Positions 9,728 through 20,045 of a DNA stretch of 64,000 bases are shown here, one piece after another. A program made the position numbers and the translations under genes. Within the stretch, counting starts at the first letter, position 1. Every line of letters starts with the position of its first letter. The notes beneath the pieces were generated by a model, which was not told where the DNA came from, searched no databases, and was given only the letters and a program-made list of their open reading frames with translations. The stretch is taken from positions 221,483 to 285,482 of the forward strand of contig JACKGG010000001.1 of NCBI GenBank assembly GCA_020632035.1. Reading direction: 5' to 3'. The stretch is from Candidatus Nomurabacteria bacterium. GTDB lineage: Bacteria; Patescibacteriota; Minisyncoccia; Phycocordibacterales; UBA918.

Positions 9728-10079
9728 ATACTAAAGTCGTTACAACCATAACTACACCCATCCCAATTGCCATTGATGTTCGTGTCGGCCAACCGTAATT
9801 CACCTCTACTGAACCCATTGCAATCAAAACCAATGAAATCGGCACGAACCAAATCATAAATTTATTTAGCCAGAGTTTGAAGATTTGGTTGTTGAAGAAT
9901 AGTAAGATTATAGAAGTTGTAATTATTGACAAAGACAAAAATTCTAGCGAATCCATAAAGGCTGCTCCGTAGGTACTCCTAAATTCATAAATTTTTGTTC
10001 CTACTTCAAATATAGACAACGAATACATGAACAGTAAAAAGAATAGTGAGATTCCAAAAAAGTTTTTTTTATTTTTCAT
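9690..10079 (-). CDS. Hypothetical multi-pass membrane protein
   Basis: 129 aa with 4 hydrophobic segments. Confidence 0.4.
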   Translation of the reverse strand: MKNKKNFFGISLFFLLFMYSLSIFEVGTKIYEFRSTYGAAFMDSLEFLSLSIITTSIILLFFNNQIFKLWLNKFMIWFVPISLVLIAMGSVEVNYGWPTRTSMAIGMGVVMVVTTLVFALVQRFYFKVR

Positions 10080-12573
10080 TTTGATTTAAATTATTTATAA
10101 TTACTTTAATTTGAGATAAATCTTCTTCTGATATTATACGTCTTTTTGCGTATCTATCTAAAACTCTATCGAGCGAATTAAGTATTCTTGTCTCAAGTCT
10201 ACTGAAAACTGGTTTCTTATCAGCCTCTCTAGAGAAGAACTCTGCCAACCTAACCTTAACCATCAATCCTTTCTCGAGGTTATGTTTAAGATTCAAGTTT
10301 TCAATAATCTCTCTTAGATCAGAATAACTATACTCAGGATCTGGTTCATTTATAACTTCACCGTTGAGAGTTTGCTCCAAATCTGTCTCTCCATCGCCAT
10401 CTAAATCCGTCTTTAATAAACTGTATACTCCATTTTCAATAGCAAACTCAGCTTTCATTGTTAGACTAGTTGTTGCATTAGCCAAAAGTGACTTTTGACT
10501 TTGTCGACCAGACTCATTTACCTCATCAATACTAAGTGAATAAACACCTTCTCCCGTGCCAGCCAGTTCTATGGACACATCAATCTCAGCTGGCAAAACT
10601 AAGTATTTACTATCTCCCAACTCAAAATACTGCGAACCAGAAATCTCAGTCTTAATTTCTCCGGCGACAACTCCAACCTGATTGCCTGCTTGGTCTTTAG
10701 CCAATATCGATACTGGTGAGTGTACGCCCACAATTGTGTATCTTGAATTAACCCTTGTGAACTCAGGAATGATGACTGAATCGGTAAAATAAGGGTATTT
10801 AATAACAGAATCTACAAATATTTGAACTGAATCGCTTTCGGTTAGGTTTTTATGAGTTCTGTCTATGGTTGCAAACTTTGAATTTTCTTCTTTCAAATCC
10901 ACCACCGCAGTAACTTTATCTCCTTTATATCCTTCCGCCGAGAACCCCATCACAGTCTGATCTCCTTCGTTGGTCATGATAGGAAAAGGTTTTAAATATG
11001 AATGTAAAATACAGGAGGGATTACTCTCTGCACAGCTAAACTCTCTATACCGGTAACCTTTAATTGTCGCCAAACCAGTACCAACTACTTCGTACACCTC
11101 TACTCCGTCTGGTGCATGCCAAGTATCCAAAATATTTTGCATATCTGTTGCCTCAGAAGATATTTGAGCATTAAGTATAATTGGTTCGCTTAGAACCATC
11201 GCTTCATCTCTATTACCTAAGCTGTTGAGGAGGAAATTTTGTAATCTTGAAGCTGAGTCTATATCTCCATAAGTAGATACAAGCTCCGCTAACTCTGAAC
11301 CATCAGTTGTTATAACTGGTTCAGAAATTTCATTGAAGTACCCTTGTGAAGGCAACAGAGTGTAAGCTCCTGGAAGATTTCTAGTGACTTGTCGTATAGT
11401 ATCTGCCGTCGCAACCAAACCAAAACCGAGACTCTGATCAAGACCATGCAACATTGAGCCAATCGCTTTTGGTGTACCAAGCTGTGGAGTTCCAATCATT
11501 ATAAATTTATCAATCTTCCCAGCTAAATAAGTTTCTCCATATTCATAAAGCAGAGCCTTGGCGACCAATCCCCCATTGGAGTGTCCAATCAGGGTAACCT
11601 TACCTGTATATGATTCTTCAGCTAGGGCAAGTACTTCATCTAACAAATGCTTAGTTTCATTTTCATAGATGACATCTTCCTTTGCAACATCAAAAACACT
11701 ATATCTCCAGTCATAAGCGAACGGTTCAAAGTCTCTAATGACTTTATCAGATTTAAGTTCTTCCATTTGGTCTAAAAATGTCTCGTATATATTGCCTCCA
11801 GAGGGAATTTCATCAATGACATCTCTTGTGTAGATATCATTTATGCTTGCACCAGTACTTGTCATAGTCAACTTATCTACATCAGCGTTTCTATTCGGCT
11901 CCCAGAGTTTGTTTTCTGTACCTAAGGCACCTTCTGTATATAAGCGGCTGGCTTGGATTCCTGGTAGGAACAAAACACTTGAGGCTCCGAGTGGCTCTGT
12001 GGTCTCGTACTCTATTGTGAATGAAACTGCTACCACTTCGAAATCATCTGGGAAAAATGCATAAGCAATGTTTGGTAAGAATATTTTTTTAATAAACTGT
12101 TTCCAAATTGGTTCGGACAAAGTCTGAAAAGGTGGCAGCTCATAGGTCAGTACCGCTACATACTCCCCTGCTTGGAGTGAGTCAAACAAATAATTTTCGT
12201 CTTCAGACAAATCGACTTGTCTAAAGTCTTCACCTTCATGGCGGAAGAGCTGGAAAGGGAAAGCAAAATTACCACTCTTATTAATCTCAAAAGAGCCGGC
12301 CACCGGCTCACCTTCGATTACCGAAATTACCGCACCCTCCGTAACACTTTGCTCAGCTATCGATAATTCATAAGTGAAGGGTTCCGGCGTATCGACATTG
12401 AAAGGATTGTCACAATCTTCGATTGGGGTACTCTTTTCAACAAAATCTTCTAAATCATAATCAAAATAACGAGTAATTATGTCACCACAACTAGCAAAAA
12501 TGGTTGGAGACCAAAACGATAAATAAATTAGTGCAAATAATGCGCTTAATAGACTTTGACTAAATATTTTCAT
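10069..12573 (-). CDS. Secreted alpha/beta-hydrolase (lipase/esterase-like, GHSNG nucleophile elbow) with large accessory domains
   Basis: Has a signal peptide and the motif 'GKVTLIGHSNGGLVAKAL' (a GxSxG serine-hydrolase motif, PGAP1/lipase-like). Confidence 0.6.
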   Translation of the reverse strand: MKIFSQSLLSALFALIYLSFWSPTIFASCGDIITRYFDYDLEDFVEKSTPIEDCDNPFNVDTPEPFTYELSIAEQSVTEGAVISVIEGEPVAGSFEINKSGNFAFPFQLFRHEGEDFRQVDLSEDENYLFDSLQAGEYVAVLTYELPPFQTLSEPIWKQFIKKIFLPNIAYAFFPDDFEVVAVSFTIEYETTEPLGASSVLFLPGIQASRLYTEGALGTENKLWEPNRNADVDKLTMTSTGASINDIYTRDVIDEIPSGGNIYETFLDQMEELKSDKVIRDFEPFAYDWRYSVFDVAKEDVIYENETKHLLDEVLALAEESYTGKVTLIGHSNGGLVAKALLYEYGETYLAGKIDKFIMIGTPQLGTPKAIGSMLHGLDQSLGFGLVATADTIRQVTRNLPGAYTLLPSQGYFNEISEPVITTDGSELAELVSTYGDIDSASRLQNFLLNSLGNRDEAMVLSEPIILNAQISSEATDMQNILDTWHAPDGVEVYEVVGTGLATIKGYRYREFSCAESNPSCILHSYLKPFPIMTNEGDQTVMGFSAEGYKGDKVTAVVDLKEENSKFATIDRTHKNLTESDSVQIFVDSVIKYPYFTDSVIIPEFTRVNSRYTIVGVHSPVSILAKDQAGNQVGVVAGEIKTEISGSQYFELGDSKYLVLPAEIDVSIELAGTGEGVYSLSIDEVNESGRQSQKSLLANATTSLTMKAEFAIENGVYSLLKTDLDGDGETDLEQTLNGEVINEPDPEYSYSDLREIIENLNLKHNLEKGLMVKVRLAEFFSREADKKPVFSRLETRILNSLDRVLDRYAKRRIISEEDLSQIKVIINNLNQNEK

Positions 12574-12737
12574 TTCTTTAACTTATCATGATAGAAAAAA
12601 ACTGAAACACCTATAATCAACATCTTTGCTATCTCCCTTGAGCCGGTCTTAGGTAATCCTAGACTTTCCTTAAGACCGGTTCAGGGGAGATGTGGATTAA
12701 AGGTAAGCCATTCAAGCAAATCTTTCTGGATAATCGG

Positions 12738-12766
12738 GCTACCCGAAGGACCGTCCTTCGGAAAGT
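12738..12766. repeat. REP-like hairpin (ccgaagg-accgt-ccttcgg), 3' of the transposase-like gene
   Basis: Perfect 7-bp stem with a 5-nt loop. The same unit appears twice in tandem on the other side of the gene. Confidence 0.55.
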
Positions 12767-12783
12767 TTGAGTGTGGTGTAATA

Positions 12784-13458
12784 TTAATCCCTTTTGGGAA
12801 TTTCCTCGTCAGCGCCATAAGAAAGCCATTCTTCCATTTCGCTGTCGTAACTCTCCTTACTTGTGAAGTATTCTGGAAAACGTTCCCGATTAATAATCTT
12901 AGCTTCTGGGCGAACATAATTATTGTCTACATAACTTGAATATCTAAAACTTCTCAAATAATTCAACACCTCTTCTTTGTTATGAATACCCTTCTCTCTC
13001 CAATCACTTTGAATTAATTTCACCGGATTCAAATGTATATACGAAAATAAGTACTTAAGGTACATATCATCATCTACATGTTCTGACTTATAATTACCTT
13101 CGAACAATGAACCTGTGCGAAAATTTTTCTTATTAAAATACATCGAGTATCCTGTCGACAGCTTTTTCATAAAGGTTGTCGCTCCTCCATCAACCAACGG
13201 TGTGAGGAGTATATGAAAATGGTTTGGCATTAGACAATATGCCCCAATTGCTACCTGTTGTTGACCCCTGTCGAACTCAAAGACTCTATCTTTATCAATC
13301 TCTCGAAAATCAAACGAGGTGGTTCCATTCGAAATATATAATAAGGCACTAAATCTAGTGTAGTTATCTTCTGTAAGAAAAATAGCTTGCCTTGAGTTGC
13401 CCCTATTATAAATATGGTAGTACTCTCCTTCAACCAAAGCGACCTTTCTCTCTGACAT
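12784..13458 (-). CDS. Y1 HUH transposase (IS200-like / REP-associated tyrosine transposase, RAYT)
   Basis: Has 'YHIYNRGN..' and 'YCLMPNHFHILL' (HuH motif), then 'YIHLNPVK' (catalytic Tyr region). It is flanked by REP hairpins on both sides. Confidence 0.75.
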   Translation of the reverse strand: MSERKVALVEGEYYHIYNRGNSRQAIFLTEDNYTRFSALLYISNGTTSFDFREIDKDRVFEFDRGQQQVAIGAYCLMPNHFHILLTPLVDGGATTFMKKLSTGYSMYFNKKNFRTGSLFEGNYKSEHVDDDMYLKYLFSYIHLNPVKLIQSDWREKGIHNKEEVLNYLRSFRYSSYVDNNYVRPEAKIINRERFPEYFTSKESYDSEMEEWLSYGADEEIPKRD

Positions 13459-13483
13459 TATTAATATTATACCACATCCTCAT

Positions 13484-13556
13484 TTCCCGGAGGACCGTCC
13501 TTCGGAGTTAGTCTTTCCCGGAGGACCGTCCTTCGGAGTTAGTCCTTCGGAGTTAC
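13484..13556. repeat. Two tandem REP units plus a partial third (cccggaggaccgtccttcggagttagtc x2)
   Basis: Direct tandem duplication of a hairpin-forming unit upstream of the RAYT start. Confidence 0.6.
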
Positions 13557-13574
13557 TAGCTGGTGTTGGGGTAC

Positions 13575-13603
13575 AACAAAAGCCCCCGAAGGGGCTTTTG
13601 TTC
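13575..13603 (-). terminator. Terminator hairpin aaaagcccc-cgaa-ggggctttt
   Basis: Immediately 3' of the minus-strand CDS that ends at 13642. Confidence 0.6.
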
Positions 13604-13641
13604 GTTTAGAATTTCGTCTAAGAAATCCTCATTAACTAAAA

Positions 13642-15627
13642 TTAGCTAGCGATAGATTGACTCTTAGATCGGAAGTCTGAAACTGGTGTTAGGTTGTACT
13701 GAGTTGTTCCAGTTACACCATCTGTATCATCAGTATAGTGAACTTCGTCAATTTGTACTCGGTATGTACCACCAAGACCTGTAGCGTCAACAGTAACTGT
13801 CAAAGTGAATGTTTCTGTTTCACCTTCATTTACTGTAAACACATCAGTTGTATCTTCATCAGCAGTTGAATCAAGTGCAGATGAGATTATCGCGTTACCA
13901 CCAGTTACTGTAAATCCAACACCTGTTGTTGGAGATGTAGAAGCAGCAGCAGCAGCATTAGCGATGTAGAAATCACCTTCAACTGCGGTTACTTCAAAGT
14001 CCATCTGGAATTGGTAAACCTTACCATCAGCGTCAACCTTACTTGGAGTTGATGCTTCAAATCCATCAACTGGTACTACGATTCCTTCCGCAACAAGAGT
14101 ATGAGTCTTACCAACAGCTGTTCCTGAGAATGTGTCAATATCGTCAGCTCCTTCTGCATCAGTAGCGTCTCGTTCAGCTGAACGAACTTGTGCCATGATA
14201 GTTGTTCCGTTTGCGTAAGTAGCTTGTGACTTGAAGTCAACAACAACTTCTACAGTAACTTCATCGTCTTCATCAATAGTGATGTCACCATCAATATCGA
14301 ATTCAACTGTAGTTGAACCGTTTCCAGTTACAACTGGAGATTCATCCTTGAATGTTTGACCATCAATGACAAGTTCAACATCTGCTACTACATCAGCATA
14401 TGTGTCTCCACCAATAACGAAGTTTACAAATAGAGTATTTAGTTCAATATCTCCCTCCTTAGCTTCGATAGTGTATTCAAGTACAGTCTCATCGTTTGTT
14501 CGATTACTATCGTCTACGATGATGTCAGATGCATCTGGATTATTTGATCCTAGAGAGAACTTTAGTTCTTCTCCTTCACCTTCTTCTTCAATATTGAAGG
14601 TTGCAGCTGGACCTGTCCAGTCGTCTTCAAGATCACCTTCTTCCTCTTCTGTTGTAGCAACGCCATCAGCATCGAAGTATCGAAGTGAACCTGCTCGTAG
14701 ATCCCAGTTTCCTTGGTCACCTGAGTCAAGGTTGTTTTGGATTGAAGCCGCAACAACGATTTCAACTTCTTCATCTTCCATAGCGATGATGTCTAGACCA
14801 GAGAATCGGATTGAACCATCATCCTCATCTAGATAGTTGTCTTCATCATCAGCTTCGAATTCAGCAATCATATCGCCGTCTACCCATAGAGAGATAGTTT
14901 CAAATACATCCCATGGATCTGAACTAGTTCGTTCTACAGCAACATCAAGACGTGAGATTTCAGCATCACCATCAGAAAATTCGATAGTGAATACTCCGAT
15001 CTCTACATCTTCGTCACCTTCTTGAACGTCTACATCGTCAGCGTCGTCGACTTCAAAGATATCTAGAGCAGCTTCGCCTCCTAGAGTTACGCTTGAATCG
15101 TCATCATCATCCATTGAATCATCAGCGTCATCTTCCACTACTGGAGCAGTAACACATGAAGCGTTAGCCTTAGCTCGTGATGATGGACCAAAGTAACCTG
15201 TTGGGTTAACTAGGTTTGCTGGTGAAAGAATGTCTGAACGGTACTTAACTTGGAACTTAGAAACAGCTGCTGCTGTTGCTGGTCCGTAGTATTCAGTTTC
15301 TGCTCCAACTGATCCTGCACCTGCTGCAGCCACTCGTGTGTCTGGGTCAGCGTTTAGGAATTGTTGTAGTTTCATAACATCAGCTCCTGTTGAACCTGAT
15401 GAAAGGTCACGTGTCCATGTGTAAGGACATACACCTGATGCAACACCAGTAGCTCCTTGTCCAGTCGAAGACTGTAGGGCAGCAACTTGTGCTAGTAGGT
15501 CGTTGATCATTTGCTGTAGATCTTCAGTTGTTTGTGCCTTTGCTGTTGAAGCAAATGCTGTGAAGATCATTGCAGCTGCTACAAAAGCTACAAGTAGCTT
15601 TGAAGCAAAATCTTTTGCAATAGTCAT
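13642..15627 (-). CDS. Secreted, highly acidic (Asp/Glu/Thr-rich) cell-surface protein
   Basis: Signal peptide 'MTIAKDFASKLLVAFVAAAMIFTAFASTAKA', then 630 aa of low-pI beta-rich sequence. An 830-bp non-coding region lies upstream. Confidence 0.55.
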   Translation of the reverse strand: MTIAKDFASKLLVAFVAAAMIFTAFASTAKAQTTEDLQQMINDLLAQVAALQSSTGQGATGVASGVCPYTWTRDLSSGSTGADVMKLQQFLNADPDTRVAAAGAGSVGAETEYYGPATAAAVSKFQVKYRSDILSPANLVNPTGYFGPSSRAKANASCVTAPVVEDDADDSMDDDDDSSVTLGGEAALDIFEVDDADDVDVQEGDEDVEIGVFTIEFSDGDAEISRLDVAVERTSSDPWDVFETISLWVDGDMIAEFEADDEDNYLDEDDGSIRFSGLDIIAMEDEEVEIVVAASIQNNLDSGDQGNWDLRAGSLRYFDADGVATTEEEEGDLEDDWTGPAATFNIEEEGEGEELKFSLGSNNPDASDIIVDDSNRTNDETVLEYTIEAKEGDIELNTLFVNFVIGGDTYADVVADVELVIDGQTFKDESPVVTGNGSTTVEFDIDGDITIDEDDEVTVEVVVDFKSQATYANGTTIMAQVRSAERDATDAEGADDIDTFSGTAVGKTHTLVAEGIVVPVDGFEASTPSKVDADGKVYQFQMDFEVTAVEGDFYIANAAAAASTSPTTGVGFTVTGGNAIISSALDSTADEDTTDVFTVNEGETETFTLTVTVDATGLGGTYRVQIDEVHYTDDTDGVTGTTQYNLTPVSDFRSKSQSIAS

Positions 15628-16455
15628 AAGTATAATTTCTGTAATAATTTGCGTAATTACTACGCGTGCTTCTTGCGAAGCGTTAATTGATAGATTCTAA
15701 TAATATGAATTAATTCATATTGGCAAACGGTTATCAAATCGTTTACCTAATATCACTAACTCCAAACTTGAGTCTGTTTTATTCAAACTCTTGTATGAAG
15801 GTTAGCTGCGGATTGGGACTGAGTATCGGCGTGGCGGTGAGCTAAGGGATAAGGTCAATCGGTATTACAACGAACAATAATAAATAGTGTGTCGTTGTGT
15901 TGTGTTGTTTTTAAATATGTCGGGCTTTAGTGAAATAAGCTTTTGCAAATTTCTACCTGTTATCAAGGAACATCCGCTGTCAGTACTTTTTCTTATCGAG
16001 TGACATAGCTGTGGTCTACACAGTATGTGACTTTGACTTAGAAAAAAAGCGCACTGGCGCGTACAAAGATAATAGCATTGTTATCAAGATAAGTGGAGTT
16101 CACAGGTTGTGGATACATGGTCTTGTGGAGACACAGACATGTATATAAAACATGAATTCGCACTGTTTATTTGAATAAATCCAAACGAAAAACACTACTC
16201 TTTGCTCTGGTGTATATGACGATAGATACCAGAGGTTCTTACAAGCCAATAAACTACAAAACAAAAAAACTATCAATGCAAACAATGTTTTTAAACAGAT
16301 CTGCTGTTCAATATTTATGCTCTGCTCCTCTTTTCAAAATTACTTTTTAATAGAGGGTTTTATTTGTATTTGTCTTTTATATAACTGTACCTACCTAATG
16401 CTTATGGTACTCTTAGAGACACGATAGTCAAGTAATTTTAAAAGACTTATACAAA

Positions 16456-17187
16456 CTACTTCTGTACAGAGTATTTAGACCAACGTCTTTCGCCCTCTCT
16501 TGTAACTTGTCCTTTTTCTATGAGACTATTAAGTTCACGTTGGATAGTCTTCTCACTAACGTCGGTAATAACTTCTGAGATGTCCTTTATTGTTGCTTGA
16601 GGCTTAGCTTCTAAGACTGTCTTTATGCGCTCGGCTCTATCGGTCATTTGACTGTAGACCAAGTAGGCATCGGTGCTAATGTCTCCAGCTGGAATATTGA
16701 CCCGTCTTTGTCTTGGAGCAGACTGAGGATTTCTGGTTTTATTGGTTGACACTCGTGGGCTCTGGTCTCCGACTAAATCATCAACTGTTATGCCTTGATT
16801 ATGTAGGTAGTGGTTGTTCACATACCTTAAGACTACATCTAGCTGGTCGATCAATAAGGTAAAAATATCGGACGGAATGATCTTGGCCATATGAGCTATA
16901 CGGAGAGTACTGTCTAAAGCTACTAGTCCGTACTGAAACTCTAAAATACCTTCTGGTTGTTCATGTGGTTGTAGGGTCAAAGTCTTAAGGGACAACTCGT
17001 GAGTCTTTAATGCTCTGTCCTTTATAGTTTGTATATGTGTCTCTGTGGCCCTAGTTTCCTTTGTCTCAGACATTATATAAAGAGTAACGGACACAATCTT
17101 TTCTGTCTTTTTAAAGACATTATTATAATATCCAGTGTCGCTTGATAGTCTATGAAGATGTATTGTTTTGTCTTTTTCGATTTGCAT
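16456..17187 (-). CDS. Hypothetical protein with C-terminal winged-helix DNA-binding domain
   Basis: The C-terminus 'IKDISEVITDVSEKTIQRELNSLIEKGQVTREGERRWSKY' resembles DeoR/MarR-type wHTH domains. Confidence 0.4.
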   Translation of the reverse strand: MQIEKDKTIHLHRLSSDTGYYNNVFKKTEKIVSVTLYIMSETKETRATETHIQTIKDRALKTHELSLKTLTLQPHEQPEGILEFQYGLVALDSTLRIAHMAKIIPSDIFTLLIDQLDVVLRYVNNHYLHNQGITVDDLVGDQSPRVSTNKTRNPQSAPRQRRVNIPAGDISTDAYLVYSQMTDRAERIKTVLEAKPQATIKDISEVITDVSEKTIQRELNSLIEKGQVTREGERRWSKYSVQK

Positions 17188-17377
17188 AGTCTGAAATGTC
17201 TTTATCCCCTGTTAAGGACTTCACGCTGTACGATACTACTACTATAAGGGCATTTACGGACTTTGCAAGGGCCTGTCTTTTTATGACACACTTAATTACT
17301 AACCCTATTTAATGAGGCTATACATGATATTATGGAGGCAATATTTACTGGATATTTGTACGCATGAATTAGCTTCT

Positions 17378-19615
17378 ATGGCACGTAAGAAACGAAAAAC
17401 AAAAGTTGAAAAAACACCTCTCTTTGAGGATCTGTCTCCCCACGCCAGGCAGGCCATCTGGGCGGTCGTGATGGGCATTGCTGCTGTATTTTTCTTATTC
17501 TCTTTGCTTGACTACGCTGGACCGGTTGGACGGTTTACCGAGATTGCTCTTCAGGCTATGTTTGGTGGTGGAGCTTGGTTAGCACCTTTGGTCTGTGTTA
17601 TTTATATATTTGTCTTATTAAATCCACGAGAGGACGACCACCAAGTAAGTGGGGCCAAAATCACCGGGACCATTCTGCTCTTTGTTTCACTACTCGGCGC
17701 GCTGGAGCTATACAGTGAAGGACAAGGCGGGTTTACAGGCCTCGCCATCTCATGGCCACTTGTGGCTATGTTAGGAAATGCACTGACCGGAGTGCTTATC
17801 TTTGGTTTGGTTCTAATTTCTATTTTCCTTCTCCTCAACACTGGTCTTAAGCTACACTTCTTTAGAAGAAACAAAGAGGCTGTCTTAGACGAAGAAGACT
17901 TTATAGACCCAGAAACGCTTGAACTGCCGGAAGAAGATCAGGAAGAAGAACCAGAAGAAAGTGATGAAGAGACAAACAGCTCATCAACTTTGGCTGCCGT
18001 TACTCAGAAAATGGCTGCCCTCACTAAAGGCAAAGCTAACGAAATCACCGTCAAGAATTTCAACGGTACTTACGTCGCCCCCTCACTTTCCCTCTTAAGT
18101 AAAGAGAAAGGTAAGGCGCAAATCGGAGACGTCAAAGCTAACGCCAACACGATCAAGCGAACTCTTAGGGAGTTTGGTATTAGTGTAGAAATGGATGCGG
18201 TTGAAAGTGGACCGACTATCACCCGCTACTCTCTTAAGCCGGCCCAAGGAGTAAAGATCTCTCGGATAGTTGGTTTACAACAAGAACTACAACTAGCCCT
18301 CAAGGCAAGCACGATCCGGATCGAGGCACCGATCCCTGGCAAGTCGCTTGTTGGTATTGAGGTTCCTAACCAAGTCCGGGCAGCCGTCGGCCTAGCATCA
18401 CTCCTCTCTACCCCCGAATACACCGACTCGCCGCACCCGCTAATGGCCGCGCTTGGAAAAGACGTAACTGGAAACGTGCACTTCGCCAACATCGCTCGGA
18501 TGCCTCATGGATTGATTGCTGGTACGACCGGAGCCGGTAAGTCAGTGGCAATTCATAACTTAATCATATCGCTTCTCTACCGAAACTCTCCCGACCAGCT
18601 AAGATTTATCTTAGTTGACCCAAAAAGAGTTGAGCTCACCTTATACAACAAAATCCCCCACCTACTGACCCCAGTAATAACCAACGCAAAGAAAACCATC
18701 CAGGCGCTCTCTTGGGCGGTTAAAGAGATGGAAAGACGCTATGACATTCTTGAAGCCGAAGGAAAACAAAACATTCACGCCTACCACGAAGATGTATACA
18801 AACCAGCTAAAAAAGACTGGGAAGAAGCTGGATCTATTGATGAAGAACGGATCAACCTTCCCGAAGCTCTACCGTACATAGTGATTATTCTCGATGAGTT
18901 GAACGACATCATGCAGGCTTTCCCACGTGAGCTTGAGGCTTGCATAGTAAGACTAGCCCAAATGAGTCGAGCCGTTGGGATCCATCTTATCTTGGCTACT
19001 CAGCGCCCGTCGGTAAACGTTATTACTGGTACGATCAAGGCCAATATCCCAACAAGAATTGCTTTGATGGTGGCCTCTCAGATAGACTCAAGAACCATTC
19101 TCGACACTCCAGGAGCTGAAAAGCTGCTGGGTCGAGGAGATATGCTCTACCTTTCTTCGGACAGTCCTAAGCCAGTTAGACTTCAATCGGCCTATGTTTC
19201 AGAGGAGGAAATCAAAAAAGTGGTTAACTACCTGAAGGACCAAGCTGCCGATGAGTTAGAAACTATAAACTTCGATGACCAATCAACCAGCAGTAACGAC
19301 TCTGTCTTCAATGCTATGGTCAGTGGTGGAGATGACGCCGATGACGAATTATACGAAGACGCTAAGCACGCTGTGATGGAAGCGGGCAAGGCATCCACCT
19401 CATATATTCAACGCAAGCTTCGTGTCGGCTACTCTCGAGCGGCTCGACTTATGGACCTCCTAGAAGAAAATGGTGTGATCGGGCCGGCCGACGGGTCGAA
19501 GGCGAGAGAGATACTGTCTCATGGCACCCCACCAGAATCTGATAATCCTGAATCCGAAGAAGAAAGTGACGATCATTATGAAGAAGATAACGATACTGAA
19601 GAAAGACGTTTCTAG
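17378..19615 (+). CDS. ftsK: DNA translocase FtsK/SpoIIIE
   Basis: N-terminal TM helices, Walker A 'GTTGAGKSV', and a C-terminal gamma/winged-helix segment 'YIQRKLRVGYSRAARLMDLLEENGVIGP'. The start was taken at the internal Met 'MARKKRK'; the ORF track starts at 17312. Confidence 0.9.
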   Translation: MARKKRKTKVEKTPLFEDLSPHARQAIWAVVMGIAAVFFLFSLLDYAGPVGRFTEIALQAMFGGGAWLAPLVCVIYIFVLLNPREDDHQVSGAKITGTILLFVSLLGALELYSEGQGGFTGLAISWPLVAMLGNALTGVLIFGLVLISIFLLLNTGLKLHFFRRNKEAVLDEEDFIDPETLELPEEDQEEEPEESDEETNSSSTLAAVTQKMAALTKGKANEITVKNFNGTYVAPSLSLLSKEKGKAQIGDVKANANTIKRTLREFGISVEMDAVESGPTITRYSLKPAQGVKISRIVGLQQELQLALKASTIRIEAPIPGKSLVGIEVPNQVRAAVGLASLLSTPEYTDSPHPLMAALGKDVTGNVHFANIARMPHGLIAGTTGAGKSVAIHNLIISLLYRNSPDQLRFILVDPKRVELTLYNKIPHLLTPVITNAKKTIQALSWAVKEMERRYDILEAEGKQNIHAYHEDVYKPAKKDWEEAGSIDEERINLPEALPYIVIILDELNDIMQAFPRELEACIVRLAQMSRAVGIHLILATQRPSVNVITGTIKANIPTRIALMVASQIDSRTILDTPGAEKLLGRGDMLYLSSDSPKPVRLQSAYVSEEEIKKVVNYLKDQAADELETINFDDQSTSSNDSVFNAMVSGGDDADDELYEDAKHAVMEAGKASTSYIQRKLRVGYSRAARLMDLLEENGVIGPADGSKAREILSHGTPPESDNPESEEESDDHYEEDNDTEERRF

Positions 19616-19620
19616 TTATT

Positions 19621-19986
19621 ATGAATGAAACTCTACCCTTTCGCTCCTTAGTAAAGCTAGTCCTTATAGCCATTGGCCTAATGTGTATCCTGGCTTATGT
19701 GATATTCCAAGCACGATACCTGATCAGCGGACCACAGATTTCTTTAGTTGAAAACCCGGACCTACGACAAAATGAACGCCAGATCTTTCTTTCCGGGGCC
19801 ACCTTCAATATTTCCCACTTATGGCTCAATGATAGACCTATTTACACCGACGGGCAGGGAAATTTCAAGGAGGCGCTGATACTAGAAAACGGCTATACTG
19901 TAGCTACTCTGCGGGCCGAGGATCGTTACGGAAGAGAGACCAGGATTATAAAACCATTTGTCTATACCCCAGCGAGTTTTGAGTGA
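19621..19986 (+). CDS. Hypothetical membrane-anchored protein
   Basis: 121 aa with an N-terminal TM helix. Confidence 0.35.
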   Translation: MNETLPFRSLVKLVLIAIGLMCILAYVIFQARYLISGPQISLVENPDLRQNERQIFLSGATFNISHLWLNDRPIYTDGQGNFKEALILENGYTVATLRAEDRYGRETRIIKPFVYTPASFE

Positions 19987-20045
19987 TAATGATAGAATAA
20001 AATTACATTATTGAGCGAGATTATAAAAATAATAAAATAACCACC

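Noticed and set aside
14366-15025. Plus-strand ORFs (156 and 62 aa) rich in Ser inside the acidic surface-protein gene
   Set aside because: They are antisense to the Asp/Glu/Thr-rich gene: GAx/GAy codons read backwards as Ser codons.
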